Assembly: GCA_027604505.1 (NCBI GenBank)
Contig: JADIIX010000119.1
Coordinates: 48,808 to 68,807 of the forward strand
From: Gonapodya sp. JEL0774
Lineage: Eukaryota
DNA length: 20,000 nucleotides
Direction: 5' to 3'
Under the pieces are notes generated by a model. That model searched no databases, was not told the origin of the DNA, and saw only the letters and a program-made list of their open reading frames with translations. A program made the translations under genes and the position numbers. Shown one piece after another: positions 10,722 to 19,935 of the stretch (position 1 is the stretch's first letter; the number at the start of each line of letters is the position of its first letter).

Positions 10722-11843
10722 ATGGCGTCTTCATCCGCCGCCGCCGCCGCCGCCACCGCCGCTGACGAGAACCAGCCACCTCAGCGGAAGGAGCCTCGCT
10801 TCGTCCGAACCCTACAGCTCACACACAGCGCCTTCCTCTTCGCCCAGTCGATCCTCGCACCCCAAAATGCAGATTCGAACCTGGTCAGCCTCGCAAGTCT
10901 GATCAATAAACCGGAGGGATACGATCTTCAGGTCCTTGTGCACAATTTGAGCCGAACTCTGGCAACGGTGATAGAGTCTTGTTCCCGCAACCACAACATT
11001 CGAATTCTCCAGTTCGTGTTTTTCAAGCGTAAAAACATGCTACCCCGAGCCCCGGAATCAAATATTGAGCCCTGGGTAAAAGAGGTGACAACAAAACTGG
11101 CTGCAAACATCAATATTTTCCCGGGGCTGGTCATTGCGTTAGTCCCCTTCAAAGCAACTCTCCGAGCAATCCTTCGAGCGGCTGGCCATACAATACCCAA
11201 TACAGCGTCTTCAATGATAGAAATCGGAGGCTCTGGCGGCCCCGTCATTATGGAGGACACACTATGCTTGGTTGCAGCCCTCTGGACCAACAGGTCGGCC
11301 ATGTCGAGTGCATCCTCCCTCAAGGTTCTCAAAATCGAAGCATGTGGATTTCTTTGCTCATATGGCTGGCTTGCGCAAGCAGTGCGGGCCTGGTGGCGGT
11401 CCTCAGGGTCCAACTGTGACTATGTGCGAAACAGAAATGCTGTGATTCTGGTTTGGTCCAGACCTGGTCCCACGAATATTACAATAAGTGTGATAAAAGT
11501 GCACTCAACAAATCGACTTGACATTGGAGCAATATGAAATACTCCTGTCTGGAGCAATATGAAAACTGCAAGAAATCGTTTTGAGATTGCTCCAGGCTGG
11601 AGCAATATGAAAAATGCACTTTTTGACAAATCCTTCCAAGGGTCTCTATTCGACTCTATCCCACAGGCCATCTTGCTGAACCGACAGTGGCTGCTGACTG
11701 TAGATATCCCTCTGGGCGTAGAGTACGTTGAAGCGGAAGAAATCCGCCAGTTCGGCGGCCCAGCTAAGATTCTCATCTGGGACCCCTTCTGGAAAGTGGT
11801 TTATCTGCGTTCAGCAGGACCAGACAACACTTGTGGCAGATGA
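10722..11843 (+). CDS. Unknown globular domain ORF interrupted by a 144-nt repeat insertion; possibly the first exon(s) of the kinase-LRR gene
   Basis: ORFs 10650-11537 and 11559-11843 are in the same frame. The only stop between them (11535-11537) lies within the inserted repeat 11487-11630. Likely start is MASSSAAAAAA at 10722. No family recognised. Confidence 0.55.
11487..11631 (+). repeat. Dispersed single unit of the CTGGAGCAATATGAAA repeat family
   Basis: Near-identical to sequence at 16988-17065 and 16857-16976. Contains the hairpin attgctccag-g-ctggagcaat (11586-11606). Confidence 0.9.
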
Positions 11844-11866
11844 GGTTGAATACCAGTGATGTGTAG

Positions 11867-14800
11867 TGCTGGGCACTCTCGAGAGAAGCCTTCCCGACGA
11901 GCATCGGTATGTTGTTGGAGACACCGACCCGTTTGGGGTGGGCCTCAGCAAGCTGTGGTCACAAACACACTCTCCCGGTAGAATCCCCAACCACCAATTT
12001 CATCCTCGATGCTCATGTCCGCTGACTCCCCCAGCTCTCCTCCTGTGGAAAACGCGGTCGATGGGTCACCTCACCCCCATGATGATGCCACAGAACGGAC
12101 TCTTGACCCGCCGACCACTCCACATGTGCCTCCATTCACGCTTGCGGAACTAGAGAATCGCTGTGGGATGGGTATTTCTGAATTCCTGAACGCCGTCGCC
12201 ATGTCTGGCGACAATGGCCCCCTGAAAGTGAGCAATGTCTGCAGCTGTTTACCATTCAAAATCCTGAGTGACTGTGGTTCTAATTGCATAGCTAGCCAAA
12301 TGGCTCATAGATGAACGTGGCATATTTCAAGTACTGGATGGGCCAGGTGCGTCAAGGCTACTAGAACTTCTTGCCGTCGACCATCACAAAGCCAGTACTC
12401 TGTACTCTCATTCCGACCAAGCGTGTCTTGCTCTAACACTCAATCATCCTGATAGACCATGGCAGAATGCGTTTCTCGAACAGCGCCTCTCGTAGATATA
12501 CCAACAACGCCACCAACACATGTTCAGATGTCAACCGCAAAGAAACCAGATTGGGAGATCCCACCTGGAGAAGTGGAGTATGCGGAGAAAAAGGTACTCG
12601 GCAAAGGAGGATACGGTTCAGTATGCGAAGGCGTGTACAGGAAGCAGACTCCTGTGGCAGTCAAGAAAGTTGCAATCTCTGGGACCTATTTGCTGGAGGT
12701 CTGTGTTAGTGCCTCACAGCATGGTCATGTTTTGTTGTTTTTAAATTGAGTTTGCTCCAGGACTATCGGAACGAAGTTGAAGTGTGGTACAGGCTTCGAC
12801 ACCCCAATGTTCTGCAGCTCCTTGGAGTCATCCTAGACAGTGATCATGTCCTTTTCATATCTCCTCTGATGTCCAAAGGAGATTGCGCGAACTATTTGAC
12901 ATCATTTTCCGATGGAAATGAGCGTCAATGTAAAGCCGTTGCCTTGGTATGTTGTGGTTGAGGCAATGCGCTCGGGTTGCGTTTAAACTCACAGTCGAAC
13001 ACAGCTTCGAGATATTGCCATTGGGATGGACGCTCTTCACGCCAAAGGCGTCGTTCATACAGACCTTAAACCTGCTAATGTTCTCGTGAATGATTTGGGT
13101 ATTGGTGTCATCACAGATTTTGGCTTTGCAAAGAACTCGCCACTTGACGACAATGACCTTCTAGTGACCGGATCAGGGAAACTTAGGGTTGAAGCCACAA
13201 AAATCCCATACCATACGTTGTTCCGTATGCCAAACTCACAGGAGCGTCCAGGGACTGCTTTCTACATGCCACCAGAACGCCTAGAACGACGGGGCACAAC
13301 TAAGCAAGGCGATGTTTATGCATTTGGAATCATGATTGTCACGGTGAGTGAGACGGCAATCGATTACGGGTGAGCGAGCTCTAAAGTTACCCCTTCTTGC
13401 TGCGCCAGATGTGGACAGATGAAACAGCCTACCCAGTGTCATCCACGGGAATATTTGATGATATTTGCTTCAAAAACCTCAGGCCAAGTATCCCAGACGA
13501 TATGCCCGAAGAGCTGGTGTCACTCATGAAAAGTTGCTGGGATGAAGATCCATCAAAGCGACCTAACTTCACCCAGATTGCAGAGACGATGAAGAGCATT
13601 GCGTTGGTAGTTCTGAGTAATTGTCGGCAGAAACGGCACACACTGATCTGCATCTATAGGAATCAGATCAGCGACCTTCTGGGACAACATCTGGCCCGTC
13701 TTTACTTTGTACAGAATCCTTCCGAACATACAATGAAAATGCAAGGTAAAGCCTCAGTACCACAGTTTTGAGTGCTGTGTTTTAAAAGGAGTTTTTCTCT
13801 AGACGGACAATTCCAAAGACTGAGGTTCGAGTACTTGCCAGAAGTACTCAAGACCAACACTGTGCTGACGAGTCTGAATCTTTACGGTGAGTGTCGTGAA
13901 TGTGTGTTTGCAAGCCCGAATCAAGGTCACATGGTCCCTCTTGCCACTGGTGCCACTGGTCCCGCCAAATGAACAGACAACAAGATTGGAGCTGACGGTG
14001 CCAAGGCACTGGCCGAGGCGCTCAAGAACAACACTGCTCTGACGAGTTTGGACCTGGGTGGTGAGTGTCGAGAATGTGTGTTTGCAAGCCTGAATCAAGG
14101 TCACATGGTCCCGCGAAATGAACAGACAACGAGATTGGTGCTAACGGTGCCAAGGCGCTGGCCGAGGCGCTCAAGACCAACACTGCGCTGACGAGTTTGA
14201 ACCTGGGTGGTGAGTGTCGTGAATGTGTGTTTGCAAGCCCGAGGCAAATTCACACGGTCTCTCTTGCCACTGGTGCCACTGGTGCCACGAAATGAACAGT
14301 CAACAAGACTGGCGCTGACGGTGCTACGGCGCTGGCCGAGGCGCTCAAGACCAACACTGCGCTGACGAGTCTTGACCTGACCAGTGAGTGTCGTGAATGT
14401 GTGTTTGCAAGCCCGAATCAAGGTCACATGGTCCCTCTTGCCACTGGTGCCACTGGTCCCGNNNNNNNNNNNNNNNNNNNNNNNNNNNNNNNNNNNNNNN
14501 NNNNNNNNNNNNNNNNNNNNNNNNNNNNNNNNNNNNNNNNNNNNNNNNNNNNNNNNNNCCGCGAAATGAACAGGGAACGGGATTGACGCTGACAGTGCCA
14601 AAGCACTGGCCGAGGCGCTCAAGACCAACACTGCGCTGACGAGTCTTAACCTGTCATGTGAGTGTCGTGAATGTGTGTATGCAAGCCCGAATCAAGGTCA
14701 CATGGTTTGTCTTGCCTCTGGTGCCACTGATCCCACGAAATGAACAGTCAACAGTATTGGCGCTGACGGTGCGAAGGCGCTGGCCGAGGCACTCAAGACC

Positions 14801-16387
14801 AACACTGCGCTAACGAGTCTGAATCTTTACGGTGAGTGTCGTGAATGTATGTTTGCAAGGCCGAATCAAGGTCACATTGTCCCTCTTGCCACTGTTGCCA
14901 CTGGTCCCGCGAAATGAACAGGGAACAAGATTGAAGATGACGGTGCCAAGGCGCTGACCGAGGTGCTCAAGACCAACACTGCGCTGACAACTTTGAATCT
15001 GCAATGTGAGTGTCGTGAATGTGTGTTTGCAAGGCCGAATCAAGGTCACATGGTCCCTCTTGCCACTGGTGCCCCTGGTCCCGCGAAATGAACAGATAAC
15101 GCGATTGGTTCTGACGGTGCCAAGGCGCTGGCCGAGGCGCTCAAGACCAACACTGCGCTGACAACTTTGAATGTGCAATGTGAGTGTCGTGAATGTGTGT
15201 TTGCAAGCCTGAATCAAGGTCACATGGTCCCTCTTGCCACTGGTGCCCCTGGTCCCGCAAAATGAACAGATAACGCGATTGGTTCTGACGGTGCCAAGGC
15301 GCTGGCCGAGGCGCTCAAGATCAACACTGTGCTGACGAGTCTCAATCTCGCAGGTGAGTGTCGTGAATGTGTGTTTGCAAGGCCGAATCAAGGTCACATG
15401 GTCCCTCTTGCCACTGGTGCCCCTGGTCCCGTGAAATGAACAGCCAACGCGATTGGTTCTGACGGTGCCAAGGCACTGGCCGAGGCACTCAAGACCAACA
15501 CTGCGTTAACGAGTCTGAATCTTTACGGTGAGTGTCGTGAATGTGTGTTTGCAAGCCTGAATCAAGGTCACATGGTCTCTCTTGCCACTGGTCCCCCTGG
15601 TCCCGCGAAATGAACAGATAACGCGATTGGTTCTGACGGTGCCAAGGCGCTGGCCGATGCGCTCAAGACCAACACTGTGCTGACGAGTCTGAATCTCGCA
15701 GGTGAGTGTCGTGAATGTGTGTTTGCAAGGCCGAATCAAGGTCACATGGTCCCTCTTGCCACTGGTCCCCCTGGTCCCGCGAAATGAACAGGGAACAAGA
15801 TTGAAGATGACGGTGCCAAGGCACTGGCCCAGGCACTCAAGACCAACACTGCGCTAACGAGTCTGAATCTTTACGGTGAGTGTCGTGAATGTGTGTTTGC
15901 AAGCCTGAATCAAGGTCACATGGTCCCTCTTGCCACTGGTGCCACTGGTCCCGCGAAATGAACAGGGAACAAGATTGAAGATGACGGTGCCAAGGCGCTG
16001 GCCGAGGCGCTCAAGACCAACACCGCACTGACAATTTTGAATCTGCAATGTGAGTGTCGTGAATGTGTGTTTGCAAGCCCGAATCAAGGTCATATGGTCC
16101 CTCTTGCCACTGGTGCCCCTGGTCCCGCGAAATGAACAGATAACGCGATTGGTTCTGACGGTGCCAAGGCGCTGGCCGAGGCGCTCAAGACCAACACTGT
16201 GCTGACGAGTCTGAATCTCGCAGGTGAGTGTCGTGAATGTGTGTATGCAAGCCCGAATCAAGGTCACATGGTCCCTCTTGCCACTGGTGCCACTTGTCCC
16301 GCGAAATGAGCAGGGAACGAGATTGGTGCTGACGGTGCCAAGGCACTCAAAGACCTTGCAAATTCCAGCTGTGCAATTAATCTGTGA
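11867..16387 (+). CDS. TKL-type (non-RD) protein kinase fused to C-terminal RI-like/NLRC3-like 28-aa LRR array
   Basis: Kinase exons ~12466-12698, 12761-12946, 13005-13343 and 13409-13602 carry LGKGGYGSV, VAVK, EVEVW..LRHPNVL, HTDLKPANVL, DFG, GTAFYMPPE, DVYAFG and CW..DP..RP. Linker exon 13660-13745, then fourteen visible 84-nt LRR exons from 13803 to 16223 (e.g. NKIGADGAKALAEALKNNTALTSLDLG) and terminal exon 16314-16387. Upstream exons 11867-11906, 12035-12227 and 12292-12347 are tentative. Confidence 0.9.
13803..16350 (+). repeat. 174-bp tandem array = 84-nt LRR exon + 90-nt intron
   Basis: Exons start at 13803, 13977, 14126, 14300, [gap], 14574, 14748, 14922, 15096, 15270, 15444, 15618, 15792, 15966, 16140 and 16314. 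Every intron begins gtgagtgtcg and ends aaatgaacag (last one aaatgagcag). Confidence 0.97.
14462..14558. other. Assembly gap (97 N) inside the LRR array
   Basis: Run of N flanked on both sides by the same intron position (...tggtcccg / ccgcgaaatgaacag). Confidence 0.99.
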
Positions 16388-16854
16388 ACCTCATAGTCTG
16401 TCTCTTTTGATATGTTTGGGGCAAATAGGAAAATTTGTATGCATCACGAAGTGTCATGCACCCCCCACCCGTCATGAACTGAAAAAGATTTGAAATAGCC
16501 AGCGCAGTATTGAGCGTTTCCCTTTTTTTGAAGTGAGTACATTGCGATTGATTATTTGGAAATCACATTGATCGGCCATCGATCGCAGAGACAGAAGAAA
16601 TTGGGCGCAGCCTCGATGAACACGATCGGCAGAAGTATGAAATGCATATTGCGGAATTGCTCTTCCAAAAATGGATGCAGCAAGCAGACCTGATCTTATT
16701 CTGCTGCGGTCATGTTGCACCGCCGCGGCGCTGTCAGTTGATCGAGGGCTGTGCATCCTGATTTATTCCGTGATTTAATCGATTCAAAAAGTCTTTGAGA
16801 TTGGTATTTTGTCAAGTCTGGCTCCGCTGCAACTTCTCTCATCGCACATCTCCT

Positions 16855-17115
16855 TGAAATACTCCTGGCTGGAGCAATATGAAAACTGCAAGAAATCATT
16901 TTGAGATTGCTCCAGGCTGGAGCAGTATGAAGTATTCCTGTCTGGAGCAATATGAAAAATGCACTTTTTGACAAATGATGATATTTTAGTGTGATAAAAG
17001 TGCACTCAACAAATCGACTTGAAATTGGAGCAATATGAAATACTCCTGGCTGGAGCAATATGAAAAATGCACTTCTTGATGAATGATGATATTCAAGTGT
17101 GATAAATGTGCACTC
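16855..17115 (+). repeat. Complex AT-rich tandem repeat with TGGAGCAATATGAAA sub-repeats and hairpin
   Basis: Five copies of (c/t)tggagca(a/g)tatgaa, two copies of tgatgatatt..agtgtgataaa.gtgcactca, and the inverted repeat tgctccag-g-ctggagca. Confidence 0.85.
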
Positions 17116-17301
17116 ATCCGTCTTGAAACGTTGAGTTGAATCAATGTTGCACTTTTGATTGATCTCAAATTGATTAAATCATTGCAATATGACATGCATT
17201 ATATCTTCATCTATCAAAAGTGCACCTTTTCACTTAAAATCACGCATGGTGCAAAAATAACACACACCGTTTTTCAGCTGACCTGTACTCTCATTCCCAC
17301 A

Positions 17302-17635
17302 TTTTGTTCACTTTTGTTTGTTTATTCTACTCATCTCTCTGTCGATATCTTCATCTATCAATACTGCTCTGTTTCAAATCTTCTTCACTTCAAGTCATCC
17401 ATAGTGCAAAAAATAAGACTCCCCATTTTTCAGCAAAGCTGGAATCGCTTTCCCGGGTTTTGTTCATTTTTGTTTGTTTATTCTACTCATCTCTCTGTCG
17501 ATATCTTCATCTATCAATACTTCTCTGTTTCAAATCTTGTTGACTTCAACTCATCCATAGTGCAAAAAGTAAGACTCCCCGTTTTTCAGCAAAGCTGTAA
17601 TCGCTTTCCCGGGTTTTGTTCACTTTTGTTTGTTT
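17302..17635 (+). repeat. 156-bp direct tandem repeat (2 full units + partial third)
   Basis: Units start at 17302, 17458 and 17614 (ttttgttca.ttttgtttgttt...cgctttcccggg) and differ by few substitutions. Confidence 0.95.
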
Positions 17636-17679
17636 GCACTAATGGTCCATATAAACCTAGTGGAGAGTCCTCCACCTTA

Positions 17680-18952
17680 ATGCCAAAACAATCACAGCCT
17701 CAGAGAAAGGAGGCCAGACAACAATGGGAGAAGGCCAAAAAACTGGACCAAACCACAGTCGCACCAACAAAGGAATCTACAACCTCAGTCAGTTGAAAGA
17801 TTTGAACGGAAGAGAACCCAGATGACCGTTTGCTCCAAGCATTAAAAGAACTACTTTGTAAATATGAAGACCTCACAAAACAGGAGCAAGCAAAAAGGGA
17901 ACAATTATTAAAACGAGAGCAAGCGAACACGTAACAATTATTAAAGCAGGAACAAGCAAAAAGGGAACTATTGTTAAAACAGGAGCAAGCGAAAAGTGAA
18001 CAATTCGAACGATAGATTGGAATTCGAGAAAAAACAATAGAAGGAGATATAAAAACACAGCTTCAACGTTTTTGGGATGCCAATATTATAGCGTTTCCAA
18101 TATCAATCTACTATGATAAATTCACACGTCGCATTTGCGGAAATGAACCTACAATCGATGAGTTGTACGATCTCACAATCGACAGCACGAAACAGATGGA
18201 TATTTCAGGTTCTCAAGGAGTTGGAGTAATAACAGGACCAACATCCGAAATATTCATGCTCAAAGTTTTGGATATGGTGTGGTGGACAAAGCTCTTGACA
18301 AGAAGGAAATATACAATCCCAATGACTGCCACGTCACGAAGTGATGATGGTCTCTACACCTATTATTTCAGAACAAACGATTAGACACCTTATTTGAGAC
18401 GTGACCTTCAATTATTTGACAAAATTGCCCAAACCAGTCCGTATTGGAGAGTTGTCCTTGCACCTCCATCCTATGGTGTTGTGTCAGATATGTTTGAAAT
18501 AAAGGACCAAAAATGGTTACCTGGTCGAACGATACAGGATGGGATATCACCCCCCCCTCAATGGTTGTTACAAGCAGTTCACATTCATGAAGACAAATTG
18601 GAAGATGAGGAAGAACATATAAAACTCCGAATGTACAGAAATGTCTGAGGAACATCATAGAGTAGAGCACGATGTAATGAGGAAATTTGGTTTGCTATGT
18701 TGCTAAGATGAAATTGATGAGTCTGATCATAGAGCATATCATATCAGACTGAGGAAAAGTCGAGACACTATTCACTGCTGCGATTATAAGTTTGAAGAAG
18801 ATATTGCTGCTGACGATAAACAAAACCCCATCATGGTAAATGATACTGACAAGGGAGGAGAAGTAACTGAAAGCAAGGACCACGCAGTACAGATACAAGG
18901 TGAAGTATCATCAGGAGTACACGATGAAGGATCCGCTACTAGGGGTGTGTGA
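17680..18952 (+). pseudogene. Decayed intronless AT-rich ORF with 11-aa coiled-coil repeat; unknown family (possible mobile/viral cargo)
   Basis: One frame from ATG 17680 runs through ORFs 18163 and 18394 with isolated stops at 17794, 17803, 17932, 18013, 18382 and 18646. A 33-nt repeat QEQAKREQLLK occurs about 3.7 times at 17881-18003. An acidic tail continues in another frame to 18952. Confidence 0.65.
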
Positions 18953-19099
18953 ATGTGAATCGATTCTGTGATCCCCTCCAAACTGTCCCAAACTCTCCCA
19001 GCCCACTCCCCATATATAGTAAAAGGTTTTTTGTGAGTGGGGAAGTACAGTTACCCCTGTGAAATGGGGGCTTTTTGGACCCAAACTGGCGATAGGGTC

Positions 19100-19935
19100 C
19101 AAAACTTTGAATTTGTAACTAGGTACTTTAAACACTCATAATTCCCCATTTTCTTCCTCAAACCATCACAATATATATCAATGTTGACGCTAGAGGTGTT
19201 AGGAGTGTTGAAATATGCTCAAATTGTTGCTAATTGTGATGGGTGGTGGTGTTGATTGCCAGGTACTTTGAATTTGTAACTCCACACATTCTACATATTA
19301 ACATCCCTATTTTCTAGTCAAAAGCAACACACTACATTCTAAAGTTGATATTTATCTACATGGGATTGGGTTTTCATGATCCCATGGTGACCAACTGTGA
19401 TGGGAACTTGTGTGGTTTGTCGAACCTTTGAATTTGTAAATCCACACATTTTACGTATTAAAACCCCAATTTTCATGCACAGCCCAACATTTCATATAGT
19501 GAAATTGATGTGAGAAATGTTTTTGGGCTGTGAACCAGCCAATGAATGGCAGAAATGCAAAGGGACTTCGCTGCTGGCTTGGTTCAGACTTTGCACATAT
19601 GAATCCACACATTCTACATATTGGAACCCAAATTTTCATCTTTTAGCCAGTAAGTATTGTGTTTGGATTGGGGCTGAACATATTCAATCTAATATTAAAT
19701 GCTCTCATGTGTCAAAGTCAAAGAACAAGTGCTTCAAATTCCATCCCAATCCCCATCTGTAACTCCACAGATTTCACATATCAAAATTGCCTCTTTAAGT
19801 ATGTCACAATCATAAAAATATACTCATTTATGTGTGAGGTGTTTAGTGTACTAATGGGTTGCATTTTGGTGTTCAATTTCTCTCGAGGATGCAGAGACTG
19901 TCCACCTGCCTAGAATCAGTAACTCACTACATTGG
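19100..19935 (+). repeat. Degenerate ~160-bp periodic repeat (about 6 units)
   Basis: Core actttgaatttgtaactccacacattctacatatt recurs with anchors at 19120, 19281, 19441, 19604, 19764 and 19924 (spacing 160-163). Confidence 0.75.

Noticed and set aside
13799..16267. Minus-strand repetitive ORFs (TLIRPCKHTFTTLT...) and a 58-aa unspliced plus-strand repeat protein
   Set aside because: By-products of a 174-bp (3n) unit. The plus frame has TGA in each full-length intron, and only the spliced reading gives canonical LRRs.
13803..16350. CRISPR-like repeat/spacer array
   Set aside because: Units are 174 bp with GT-AG introns and LRR-coding exons. The variable parts are homologous codons, not unique spacers. 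The context is eukaryotic and no cas genes are present.
16855..17115. Definite MITE or Helitron call
   Set aside because: A hairpin and sub-repeats are present, but I could not identify terminal inverted repeats, a target-site duplication or TC...CTRR ends.
17155..17679. N-terminal part of the 213-aa ORF as a real protein
   Set aside because: It is the translation of the 156-bp (3n) tandem repeat. Coding-like sequence starts at ATG 17680.
17680..18648. Alternative genetic code or stop-codon readthrough
   Set aside because: All three stop types occur and a frameshift follows, which fits decay rather than reassignment.
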